Below, piece by piece: positions 24,309 to 33,837 of a stretch of DNA of 64,000 bases. Source of the DNA: Candidatus Thorarchaeota archaeon (lineage in GTDB: Archaea; Asgardarchaeota; Thorarchaeia; Thorarchaeales; Thorarchaeaceae); assembly GCA_963726195.1 (NCBI GenBank), contig CAVSBO010000003.1:480001-544000 (forward strand), written 5' to 3'. The notes beneath the pieces are model-generated. The model had not been told where the DNA came from and did not search any database. It saw only the letters and a list, made by a program, of their open reading frames with translations. The position numbers were made by a program, and so were the translations under genes. Positions within the stretch are counted from its first letter, which is position 1. The number at the start of each line of letters is the position of its first letter.

Positions 24309-24385
24309 TGCGACCAGGCTCTTCGAAACACAAACGCTCTATTAACGTTGGGGCCACAAGCCTGTATGCGAGTGAATGAACCACG

Positions 24386-24419
24386 AAAAAAGAGAGAGCA
24401 AGCCCACGGATGAGTGGGC
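24386..24419 (-). terminator. Hairpin + pyrimidine/T tract after hbd
   Basis: GCCCAC/GTGGGC stem followed on the minus strand by TTGCTCTCTCTTTTTT. Confidence 0.5.
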
Positions 24420-24429
24420 CGCCTTTCTA

Positions 24430-25317
24430 TCAGCCCGTGAACTTGATAGGCTTTGGAGGATCAGTTGAGTAATCGTAGAAGCCTTTGCCCGATTTCCGCC
24501 CAAGCCATCCGGCCCTAACCATCTTCCGAAGCAACGCCGGGGCCCTGTACTTGCTATCTTTAAACTCCTCCACGAAGTAGTCTGAAATGTACAGCGTTGT
24601 ATCAAGTCCCACAAAATCGAGCAGTGTCAGAGGCCCCATTGGCCAATTGAGCCCAAGCTTGATTGCAAGGTCCAAGTCCTCGACCGTGGTGACGCCTTCT
24701 TGGATGGCGAATACAGCCTCCATCATCGCAGGCACGAGAACCCTGTTGACTGCAAAGCCGGGCGCCTCCTTCACCACAACCGTTTGCTTACCCACCTTGG
24801 TCGATACTGCCTTGATGGTCTCGACAGTCGCATCGTCGGTGGCTTGACCTTTGATTATCTCTACGAGCCCCATTACCGGCACGGGGTTAAAGAAATGCAT
24901 CCCGATGAATTTCTGAGGCCGCTTTGTGACCGCGGCCATTTGTGTGATGCTGATACTGGATGTGTTAGAAGCAAGCACCGCACTCTGGGGTGCAAACGAA
25001 TCGACCTGCTGCCAAGTGTCGAGCTTGAGTTTCACGATTTCAGGTATAGCCTCAATCACAAGGTCGACATCCTTCACAGCTTCCTTCAGGTCAAGAACTC
25101 CTTTGATTCGGCGCATCGTCGAATCGATTTCCTCTTGGGTAATCTTGCCTTTCTTGAGACCTCTTTCCAAGTCGCCCTTGATCGTGGCAATTCCTTTATC
25201 AATGAACTTCTGTTCGATGTCCCTCATCTTGACATCGTATCCGGCTCGAGCGCATACATGGGCGATGCCATTGCCCATCTGACCTGCTCCAAGGACGGCT
25301 ATCTTCTTGATTTCCAT
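24430..25317 (-). CDS. hbd: 3-hydroxybutyryl/3-hydroxyacyl-CoA dehydrogenase
   Basis: GAGQMGNGIA, EAIPE, SNTSS, GMHFFNP, PMGP, DFVGLD, GRKSGKGFY. Confidence 0.95.
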   Translation of the reverse strand: MEIKKIAVLGAGQMGNGIAHVCARAGYDVKMRDIEQKFIDKGIATIKGDLERGLKKGKITQEEIDSTMRRIKGVLDLKEAVKDVDLVIEAIPEIVKLKLDTWQQVDSFAPQSAVLASNTSSISITQMAAVTKRPQKFIGMHFFNPVPVMGLVEIIKGQATDDATVETIKAVSTKVGKQTVVVKEAPGFAVNRVLVPAMMEAVFAIQEGVTTVEDLDLAIKLGLNWPMGPLTLLDFVGLDTTLYISDYFVEEFKDSKYRAPALLRKMVRAGWLGRKSGKGFYDYSTDPPKPIKFTG

Positions 25318-25491
25318 CGTGACCTTCCTCATGGATGTTATTCGGTGCTCGACTGGTCGATTGAGCTCGTAATATGTTTGACTGTCGGCGGCTGTCCCGG
25401 CCGAGACTGCACAAGTCGCGTCATGTGACCCCATTATGTGTCCCCCTGTTGTGGCTTCGTCTTATATCGAAACGAAAGAACCGACGGCATG

Positions 25492-25633
25492 CATGAGACA
25501 GCGGCGACGAATGGGATGGGAGCATTCCATCCCGAGGCCCGGGGTCCATCCCCATGGCCCTCGGGGACCGCCTGAGCATTTCTCTCGTATCTCCCGCAGC
25601 CTCTGCAAGACTCACGCAGGGGCTGCTCTCATG
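25492..25633 (+). ncRNA. Candidate structured non-coding RNA (multi-stem, ~142 nt)
   Basis: Closing stem CATGAGA/TCTCATG; hairpins GGGATGG/CCATCCC, CCCGAGG/CCTCGGG and 11-bp GCAGCCTCTGC/GCAGGGGCTGC; TATA-like CTTATAT ~25 nt upstream; intergenic. Confidence 0.5.
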
Positions 25634-25764
25634 GAGGTTGCCTATGTGAGCAGACTAATAACGGATAACCATTGGCCCGGAAGGACAGACGGTCCCCGAT
25701 CGCAGCAGAATAGACTTCAGTTCGATAGGAGTGTTCGACGAAAGCTGGGAGGACAGAAACTCGA

Positions 25765-27264
25765 ATGACAGTAACGGCTCGATTCTTCGGTTTGAAGGAC
25801 TCTCCCCCAGCTATTCTTGGCATGGCCAGAGTAATGGGCATCTTTCTTCCGTTGGTGGCCGCTACTGTTACTTTCTCCACCACCTTCTACGTAATCTTCG
25901 TCGCTGAAGCATTGGGCAAAGGCGACTACATTCAAGGAATGGCGCTCATCGGCCCGCTTATTGTCGTTGAGATGGCGGCTCAAACTGCATTGGACTATCC
26001 CACGGGCAGTGTAGGAGACTGGATTGGACAGCGGTTTGTACTATCACTTTCATTCGGACTCTATGCAGTCACATTCTATCTGATATCACGGGTTACCTAT
26101 GATACTCCGTACCTACTTCTCGTCGTCATATACGCTATCCAAGGAGTGGCCGATGCTCAGCAGAGCGGCTCTTGGGGAGCATGGTTCGACAACAACTACA
26201 GGGTCGCTGTTCCGAAGGACACGGATCGAAAACAATACGGAGTCATGCAGGGTAGAATCGGCATGCTATTTCAGATTGTCTCGACCTTGGCACTGATTCC
26301 CGGAAGTGTCATGGCACTCATCTTCGGTAGGACATGGGTCTTCCAGCTGCAATCCATATTGTGCGTAGTGATAGCTATCTCACTTTTGTATGTGATGCGT
26401 GACTTGCCCGAGGTCAGGAGTAACCGGCAAAAAAGGCCAACCACAAAGGAATATGGTTCGCTCTTGAAATCAGGCGTCAGTTATCTGACGAATAATCAGT
26501 TCCTCAAGTATGTCGTATTCGGGTCAATGCTCGCAACTAGCTCGATTATAGTGTGGGGAAATCTCATACTTTTTCCCATGTACTACCTGTACTTGCTGGC
26601 GGATGTTGCTGTGGCTTCCTTCAGAACCATGCTCTTCATACCAGGAGTCTTTTCTCAAGGTGTGTCGGGCAGCTGGTCAAGGAGGTTCGAGCCAAAGACA
26701 TGGATTCCAAGATTCAGAGCTCTTGAGACGTGCGGGTTTCTTTTCTTCGTCGTCTTTGCAGCAATCATGTTCTTGCTGCCGCCCTCGACCAACCCTACAA
26801 TGGTTCAGCTATTCATTCCTTTCACAAGTATCCCGATAATACAGATACCCTCTGGCAACGCATTCCCACTGTTCATCATATTCATGACTTTCGTATCAAC
26901 CGGCTTCTTCGGAGGGTTTGCAGATATCCTCACTCAGCGCCTCATCATTGATACAATACCCAACAGAATCAGGAACAGCATGTATTCGCTCCAGCCAGCC
27001 ATTGCCACAATTCTGGCGATGCCGCAGATTGCGCTGTTCGGATGGCTCACGAGGATATGGGGCTTTCCTCTCACACTGCTTTCTTGTGGTTTGATCTCTC
27101 TTCTTGGAGTGTTGATGATCAGGAAGGGAATGAAGTTTCCTCGTCCAGTCGCGGCTGATGTACCCACTGTTGCCACGACCACACAGAAAGAGGAGGGGCG
27201 TGAGTCACTAGCAGACCCCTTGAACGAGACTGACGCTGATTCTTCCAATGAGCCCCCCAAGTGA
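25765..27264 (+). CDS. MFS transporter
   Basis: DYPTGSVGDWIGQR motif A, about 12 TM. Confidence 0.88.
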   Translation: MTVTARFFGLKDSPPAILGMARVMGIFLPLVAATVTFSTTFYVIFVAEALGKGDYIQGMALIGPLIVVEMAAQTALDYPTGSVGDWIGQRFVLSLSFGLYAVTFYLISRVTYDTPYLLLVVIYAIQGVADAQQSGSWGAWFDNNYRVAVPKDTDRKQYGVMQGRIGMLFQIVSTLALIPGSVMALIFGRTWVFQLQSILCVVIAISLLYVMRDLPEVRSNRQKRPTTKEYGSLLKSGVSYLTNNQFLKYVVFGSMLATSSIIVWGNLILFPMYYLYLLADVAVASFRTMLFIPGVFSQGVSGSWSRRFEPKTWIPRFRALETCGFLFFVVFAAIMFLLPPSTNPTMVQLFIPFTSIPIIQIPSGNAFPLFIIFMTFVSTGFFGGFADILTQRLIIDTIPNRIRNSMYSLQPAIATILAMPQIALFGWLTRIWGFPLTLLSCGLISLLGVLMIRKGMKFPRPVAADVPTVATTTQKEEGRESLADPLNETDADSSNEPPK

Positions 27265-27428
27265 TGAACCACAGCTGAGCAGCCGGCACGGAGCATATCG
27301 AGAATAATGGAAATCATGACAAGCTTATTATCTGTAGGTATGGTTGAATGAAGTGGTGATATGTGTGTCAGAGCGGCCGGGTTTCATGACTGTGCAATTC
27401 TCTGATTCAGGTCTGGCGACAATGGGTC

Positions 27429-28138
27429 ATGAGAACGAAGATGATACGTGAAGAAGACGTGAAATTCGAAGGCGAGGAAGGTAACCTGGAACTGACCGAC
27501 GTTAGACTTGTCTGGTACAAGAACCCTTCCCATTCAGCTGGCCTCAAGAAATTCGCTGTGATTGCAGGAGCTGTTGCCGGTGCAGCATTGCTGGAGGGCA
27601 TGGGTTCCCAAGTCAAAGGAATCGGAGGCGCTGCGATGCGGAGCGCAGGAAGAGGTCTAGGTGTCGCTGCGGTCTTTGGTGCGTTGTCCTCATGGAACCA
27701 AGACTCGTTCGTCAACAAGGACGCGAACGGGCACGCTGAAAGCGTAGCGCTTCCTCTTGTGGCATTCGCCCAGGCTCAGATTATGGGTGACAAACTTGTT
27801 CTGCCGCTGAAAAGCGGAGGCGACATGCGGTTCGAGTTCAAGCACCCCAAGTTGATTACTGCTTTCATAGCCAATATCAATGCGGCACAGGAACAGGGCA
27901 AGTGTCCTTACTGTGGGGCACCATCTAGAGGATTGACTTCATGCGCACAGTGTGGGGCGCCGCTGGAAGGTGGACGCGCAGGTGCTGCTCCGACTGGACC
28001 TGCACAGGGTACGACAGTAGTGGTAACTGGACCTGACCTCCTCAGCAGGGTGGACGTGGTGGCTTCTGCCCTAGGTGTGGGCAGCCTGTTCGCGTTGGTG
28101 CAAGATTCTGCGATGCATGCGGACAGAGCCTACGATAA
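27429..28138 (+). CDS. PH/GRAM-like domain with Gly/Ala-rich hydrophobic insert plus two double zinc ribbons; frameshift near 28035
   Basis: G.L.LT..RLVW motif; CPYCG..CAQCG; the alternative frame gives FCPRCG...FCDACGQSLR* ending at 28138. Confidence 0.65.
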
Positions 28139-28241
28139 CAAGCGATTCAACTGGGCAGGCGATGGTCCTGCCCACAGAGGCTTTTTTCCAGCGTGGCTGG
28201 AATCCTCTTAGTCGGGAGTAAGTCTACCAAAGTGAGCGGTC

Positions 28242-29000
28242 TCATCGAAAGATATCTTCCGCCTTGGGCCGGGGCACACTGTGGCCGCGCTCGTCACCCT
28301 CTTCGTATTCATATCCTCTAACGACAATCACAGGCGTCCCTTCACCTGCTTGCCCCATCACGTGCTCCACAGCAGCCGCAATTTCATCTATTTGGCAGAC
28401 AGTTGACCTCTCGATCACCCTGCCGTAGAGGTCGGTCTTTCCCTTGTTGTACTTGAAAGCATTGATGCCTGCGCACCCTATTGCAAGATTCACAGACCCT
28501 TTCCGCCATGGTCTTCCCTGAGTATCAGAGATAATCACAGCAAGCTTGCGAAGGCCTGTTCTGCGCACCAGAGACTCGCGTATCTGGCCGGCACTGCCGT
28601 CCGGATCCAAAGGGAGAAGGACATAGCCACCTGCAGGAGCGTTTGAATGGTCTACTCCACTGAAGTTGCACACAAGCCCGTACAAGGTTTCAGTTATCAA
28701 CACGCGTTCAGTGCGTAGAACTTCATGGCTTTCTCTCAAAGCGAGCTCAGCTTGAACTGGATCGAACCCGTTACGTTCTGCAATCTCCTTCGCTCTAGGC
28801 GAGACTTGGACCTCTTTCTGGTCCATGGTCCTGCCCTCTGCCTTGGACACAAGAGTATGTGCTATGACCAAGACATCTCCATCTTTCAGGTGAATCTTCC
28901 GCCGACTGAGTGCAGATACCATAAGTTCGGCAACGTCGGCAGGACCGTCAATCACTGGTATGTCAGGAACTGCAAAAACCTCAATCTTCTTAGCACCCAT
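28242..29000 (-). CDS. cofE: Coenzyme F420-0:L-glutamate ligase
   Basis: VSKAEGR, SGVDHSN, LLP.DPD.SA, ISDTQGRPWR.G, DLYG, DEIAAA, EGTP. Confidence 0.93.
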   Translation of the reverse strand: MGAKKIEVFAVPDIPVIDGPADVAELMVSALSRRKIHLKDGDVLVIAHTLVSKAEGRTMDQKEVQVSPRAKEIAERNGFDPVQAELALRESHEVLRTERVLITETLYGLVCNFSGVDHSNAPAGGYVLLPLDPDGSAGQIRESLVRRTGLRKLAVIISDTQGRPWRKGSVNLAIGCAGINAFKYNKGKTDLYGRVIERSTVCQIDEIAAAVEHVMGQAGEGTPVIVVRGYEYEEGDERGHSVPRPKAEDIFR

Positions 29001-29288
29001 TCTTGCGGTCTCAAACGGCACAGGCACGGCAAGCCGGAAAAGTCTGCCTATATTAGTCATCAGACACACATTGTTATGACCTAGAGAAACCATGACTTGC
29101 CCGACCGGTCCCCCATACTTTGACGCTGAGGAACGCTGAGTAACAACGGGAAAATGATAAATGCACACCGTAGAACTCATCCGGGCCAAATAACGTATTC
29201 AAGTAGTCTAGTAGAGAAACGTACGTTCAGCGAACACGGGCTTTGGTTATGCACGCGCTTGCACGAACTTGGATTTGAGGTGGATTGA

Positions 29289-31466
29289 TTGACTCCGACC
29301 GGAAAACATCCTGCAGGAAAGAAAGCCAAGAAAGCTGAAACAGCAAAGACTGCGAAGAAGGCACGTCCAGAGAAGGCCGTCAAGAAGAGCGGCTCCGTCA
29401 GGGCACCAAAGAAGCTGGCTGCGGGAAGGAAGGCAAAGAAGAGCGGCCGAGCAAAGGCTGCAAGCAAGCCTGTATCCACAAAGACTGCACCTGGAGTCGA
29501 AGTTCCAACTGAAGAGTCTGGTGAGATTCGTCAGGGTACAATAGCCAAGTTCATGCGCAAGCGAACTCAGCTTGTCGGTTTCGAAACCGGGCTCAATAAG
29601 CACACTCAGTATGCAATTGAGTTCCTCGATAACTCCGCCGACGCAGTTGAGAGCCTATGGTGGAAACAAGAAAGAAAGCCTAGGCTCAGTGACCAGCTCG
29701 ATCCGAAACTGCAAGAAGAAATCAAAGAGAGACTCAAGGATCAGCTTACGGACACAATCGCTTTCAGCAAGAAGATTGAGAAAGATGTTCGAGATGAAAA
29801 GCCCGTCGACATACCACCAAGACCGAAAGAGAATCTCGAAGCACACCTCACCCGATTCAGGAAATTCCTCGTACCCTTCAGGAGTTTCATCACAAAGCAT
29901 GAGCCTCTTATTGTGATTCAAGTGACAGAGGTGCTAATGCCGGACCTAGTCCCGGTCGACCAAGAAGAAGGATTCAAGGTCTACGAGTTCATTTGCTTTG
30001 ACACCGGTATCGGTATGGTTCCAGCAGACCTGGAGAGATTTGGCATCTATCTTGCATCCAGTAAGTCTGAGCATCTGAAGCAGACCAGAGGAAGTCAAGG
30101 CTTCGGTGCGCCGTCTGCTTTTAGTGATGCTCAGAACACCACTGGCAAGCCAATATTCGTGGTCACCAAGAGATTCAACAGCGACAGAACGACCGTGGCA
30201 GAATTCTACACGACCACTGCCAACACGAAGGAGTATGTCAATGGGCCCCTAGAGATGGATCTTCCACTGGAGCATGGTACGTACGTGAAGCTCTACTATC
30301 TCAATATCCAGTACAAGCGGGGCTATGCTGATACCTATGCTGAAATGGCATCCCTCTTGGACCCACATATCACGATAGTATTCATAGACCCTTACGGGGA
30401 GATACACGTCTATCCGCGTCGAGTCGGTGCCGTCCCAGACGAACCAAAGTATGCCCAAGCCCATCCTGCGAGCATAAGAATAGGGGAGTTCCAAGACCTG
30501 CTCCGTGAGACCACAGAACGTGACCTACAAGGATTCTTGACGAGGGGCTTCTGCAGACTCAGCTCAAACAAAGCCAATGCAATTCTGGAGAAAACAAACA
30601 AGGAACTTGGAATCCGCAAACTCGATAAGATAAGCGGCCGAACGCCTACCGATTCTCTGTCGAAGACTGAGATAGAATACCTCTACAAGTCCTTCTCGAG
30701 CGAAGAATATATCGCACCGCCGACTGACACTGTGGTTCCCGTGGGAGAGGAGGTCTTCGAAAAAACCATCAGGTCTGCCTTCAAGCCCGAATTCGCAGCT
30801 GCGATCACAAGGAAGCCGACCTCGGGCAAAGGGCTTTCATTCGCCGTAGAGGTATGTATCGCTTATGGCGGTGAAATAAAGTCTGCATCTTCTGCCAATG
30901 CCGTGCTTTGGAGATACGTCAACAGAGTACCCAAGCTCAGGGACAACAGCGACTGTGCCACATGGAAGGCAACCGCTTCAGTAAACTGGAAGAACTACAA
31001 GCTTGACGTATTCGACAACGGTATACCAAGAGGACCCGTGATGCTCTTCATACATGTGTGTGGTGCTTACGTCCACGTCATGTTCAAGGGACAGAGCAAA
31101 CAGGCTCTCGCGGAAGATGAGGTACTTATCAGAGAAATCAAACTCGCGCTCGAAGACACGGGAAGGAAGTTCAGGTCCTTCATCACAAAGCGGGACACTG
31201 CGCAACGCAAGGCGAAAAGAGCAGGTATTCTCGCGATGTACGCAGACCAGTTTGCTCACAGTCTGGTGACAATCGCAAATGATGGCAAACGCAAAAAGCT
31301 ATACGATGCTGAAGTTGTCGCACAGAAGCTCAGGGACGCCATATCGGGCTTCGAACTTGAGGCCGATGAAGAAGAGGTTGGAATGGACGTACTCGGTGAA
31401 GAGCTGGTTTCAGGTTCCTCTGCCAGCGAAGAAGAAGGCTTCTCATCTGGGGGCAAGGATGAATAG
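29289..31466 (+). CDS. top6B: DNA topoisomerase VI subunit B
   Basis: GHKL motifs EFLDNSADA, DTGIG, RGSQGFG; HP, RYVNRVP, W.NY, V.FK..SK; Lys/Ala-rich N-tail and acidic C-tail. Confidence 0.95.
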   Translation: MTPTGKHPAGKKAKKAETAKTAKKARPEKAVKKSGSVRAPKKLAAGRKAKKSGRAKAASKPVSTKTAPGVEVPTEESGEIRQGTIAKFMRKRTQLVGFETGLNKHTQYAIEFLDNSADAVESLWWKQERKPRLSDQLDPKLQEEIKERLKDQLTDTIAFSKKIEKDVRDEKPVDIPPRPKENLEAHLTRFRKFLVPFRSFITKHEPLIVIQVTEVLMPDLVPVDQEEGFKVYEFICFDTGIGMVPADLERFGIYLASSKSEHLKQTRGSQGFGAPSAFSDAQNTTGKPIFVVTKRFNSDRTTVAEFYTTTANTKEYVNGPLEMDLPLEHGTYVKLYYLNIQYKRGYADTYAEMASLLDPHITIVFIDPYGEIHVYPRRVGAVPDEPKYAQAHPASIRIGEFQDLLRETTERDLQGFLTRGFCRLSSNKANAILEKTNKELGIRKLDKISGRTPTDSLSKTEIEYLYKSFSSEEYIAPPTDTVVPVGEEVFEKTIRSAFKPEFAAAITRKPTSGKGLSFAVEVCIAYGGEIKSASSANAVLWRYVNRVPKLRDNSDCATWKATASVNWKNYKLDVFDNGIPRGPVMLFIHVCGAYVHVMFKGQSKQALAEDEVLIREIKLALEDTGRKFRSFITKRDTAQRKAKRAGILAMYADQFAHSLVTIANDGKRKKLYDAEVVAQKLRDAISGFELEADEEEVGMDVLGEELVSGSSASEEEGFSSGGKDE

Positions 31467-33682
31467 TGGCGGGAGAGAAGGAGAACAGCCAGCCTGAGCA
31501 GACCACCCTCGGAGAGCTCGTCGAACGAAAGAAGTCGGGGAAACATAAAATGAAGTCAGCGAAGAGCAACAAGCAAGCTCAGAAAGGCAGCATTGCCAGT
31601 TCACATGGCAAGAAGACCAACAAGAAACCGGATTCTGCAAAACCAAAGAAGAAACAATCCTCGAAAGCCGCGCCCACCCCGAAGGCGGCAAAGCAGAAGC
31701 TGCCCCGTGGCAAGCCCGGAAAAGAGAAGAAAGAACAAGCAACAGAAGGACTTAGCACTAAAGTTGCCCCGGCCGTTCTAGCTCAGGAGGGCACTCCTCT
31801 GAATCTCTTGCCAGGTGTGGGAGACAAGCTGAATCAGAAGCTAACCTCTGCAGGTTACGACTCAGTAGAGAAATTGTCCAAGGCGAGGGCCGATGCAGTC
31901 TCACGTAAGGTCAAGGGTCTGGACATAGAGGAAGCGAAGGAGATCATTCACACTGCCACAGAGTATCTTCATGGCAAGCTCGCTGCGGAAGAGGTGTCAT
32001 TAGAGGAAGCGGCTACTCCAGCCGGTCAGACAGGCCATCCATCTGCTGGCGAGAGTGCAGCTCAGACCGGAGCCGCAAAGTCGGCTGAAGAAAGTGCGAA
32101 GGCGCCAGAATACGATATTAAGCTCACTGAGTTGCCAGGAGTTGGCCCAAAGCTTGCCGAGAGATTCAGAGAGGCAGGATATGATTCCGTCGCACGCGTT
32201 TCGAGATCCCGTCCCGACGCTCTGGCACGTACTGTCAATGGTCTCAGCAAAGATCGCGCCAAGTCTATTGTCGCCGCTGCCAGGGAGGCTATCACCTCCA
32301 GGCAGCTCGCGGAATTAGCAGAAGAGGCTGCGAAGACACCTTCAGAGGCGAAGAAGGTCAAACCCGAAGCTGGAAGCAAGAAACGAGGGAAAGCAGAGAT
32401 TCCAGAGGCAGCCATCTCACCCCTGCTGCGAAAAGCAAAATCCAAGCAGCCGATTGAGAGACACCCGAAACCCGTTACCAAAAAGTCAGGGCTCCCTGTT
32501 CCTGAGGCAGTCATTGAACTGCGAAAGGAATTGAAGGCGCGTTATCGTGCTGCGGAAAAGGCCGAAGCAGCCGCAGGAGAATCGGAAGCATCTTTCGCTC
32601 AAGGCACTGTGCAAGTCGCCAATCTCACATCGGACGAGACCATCGCAAGGTTGGTTGAAGCCGCTTTGGAGGTACTCAATGAGACAATGACCACTGGCCG
32701 TCCCTCGTTCGAGATACCGAGCAGGTCCTCTGACAACATTGTCTGGGACGAAATCAAAGACTTGCTGCTTCTTGGCATGCGCACCATATCTCGGCCCTAT
32801 CACTCTCTTGCATCAGTTTTGGACGCGACAAGGACTGCCCGAGTCATGGAGATTGTCTACCAGCTTCTGAAATCCGGTCTCCATGCAACGAAAAGGGAAC
32901 TCTACTATGCAGATGTCAATCTGTTCAGGGACCAGAGATACAGTGACAAAATCATTGAGGACGTTGCTTCGATGCTGCCGACAACTCGTGACAGCATCCA
33001 CGTTGTGGCAGCCGCAAGAGGCTCTGCAATGGGAAGGATTGTCATTAGAGATGCAGGCGACAGAATAGACCTCACACAAATGGGTACGGGCGGGTGGGCT
33101 ATAACGCCTTTCTTGGACCAGGTCGAAATAGTCGAAAGTGATGCGGAGTTCATTCTTCTTTCGGAAAAGGATGCAGCAGTCATGAGGCTGGCAGAAGCCA
33201 AGTATTGGAACAAGCAGCCCTGCATAGTGATTACTGGGAAGGGATCAGGCGACATAGCCACGAGGGCGTTCCTCAAGACAATGGTGAAGGAGCTTGAAAT
33301 CCCAGCATTCGCTCTGATGGACTCAGACCCCTACGGCCATTATATCTATTCGGTCTTTCTGAGAGGCAGCAAGCGGCTCAGCTATGAATCACCTTTCATA
33401 GCCACGCCGGAGCTCAAACTTCTGGGAGTCCTCAGTAGAGACCTAGATGAATTCAAAGTCCCGAAGAGCGTCCGCATTCCCATGGAGCCTGCTGACATCA
33501 AACGTGTGAAAGAGATGCTTAAGGAGCCGTTCGTGCAGAAGAACGATCCTTGGGTCGAAGACCTGCAGTTGATGCTGAGACTCAAAGAGAAAGCAGAGAT
33601 TCAAGCTTTTGCAAGTCACGGCTTTGAGTATCTGACAGATACTTACATTCCACGGAAACTGGAAACCGGCGACTGGATTTAG
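31466..33682 (+). CDS. top6A: DNA topoisomerase VI subunit A (Spo11 homolog) with long N-terminal extension containing two HhH domains
   Basis: KRELYY catalytic Tyr, EKDA, GKG..D.ATR, DSDPYG, KAEIQA; two LPGVG.K....L/F..AGYDSV repeats near 31796 and 32117. Confidence 0.95.
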   Translation: MAGEKENSQPEQTTLGELVERKKSGKHKMKSAKSNKQAQKGSIASSHGKKTNKKPDSAKPKKKQSSKAAPTPKAAKQKLPRGKPGKEKKEQATEGLSTKVAPAVLAQEGTPLNLLPGVGDKLNQKLTSAGYDSVEKLSKARADAVSRKVKGLDIEEAKEIIHTATEYLHGKLAAEEVSLEEAATPAGQTGHPSAGESAAQTGAAKSAEESAKAPEYDIKLTELPGVGPKLAERFREAGYDSVARVSRSRPDALARTVNGLSKDRAKSIVAAAREAITSRQLAELAEEAAKTPSEAKKVKPEAGSKKRGKAEIPEAAISPLLRKAKSKQPIERHPKPVTKKSGLPVPEAVIELRKELKARYRAAEKAEAAAGESEASFAQGTVQVANLTSDETIARLVEAALEVLNETMTTGRPSFEIPSRSSDNIVWDEIKDLLLLGMRTISRPYHSLASVLDATRTARVMEIVYQLLKSGLHATKRELYYADVNLFRDQRYSDKIIEDVASMLPTTRDSIHVVAAARGSAMGRIVIRDAGDRIDLTQMGTGGWAITPFLDQVEIVESDAEFILLSEKDAAVMRLAEAKYWNKQPCIVITGKGSGDIATRAFLKTMVKELEIPAFALMDSDPYGHYIYSVFLRGSKRLSYESPFIATPELKLLGVLSRDLDEFKVPKSVRIPMEPADIKRVKEMLKEPFVQKNDPWVEDLQLMLRLKEKAEIQAFASHGFEYLTDTYIPRKLETGDWI

Positions 33683-33837
33683 AGCCCCGTCTCTCGAAAC
33701 GTGAAACAAAGCTCACATCGAAGCCTTCGTTAGCACGGTCGAGAATCGTGTTATGTGGCACTAGTCAGCATTTTCATCAGAACCAGAAGTGCCTTCCTTC
33801 CGAACCAACAGCGACACGACTACGGACAGACCCTCTG

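Noticed and set aside
24700-25428. Long antisense or shadow ORFs (also 54524-55261, 7842-8393, 42472-43041 and 17533-18228)
   Set aside because: They overlap well-supported genes and show no motifs; such ORFs are expected at this GC content.
25492-25633. 5S rRNA or SECIS identity for the structured element
   Set aside because: It lacks the conserved loop C GAAC and loop E motifs of 5S. The SECIS helix geometry is wrong and there is no upstream same-strand selenoprotein gene.
25670-25700. GGCCCGGAAGG resembling SRP RNA helix 8
   Set aside because: The flanking CAGG/AGCA symmetric loop and the rest of the SRP fold are missing.
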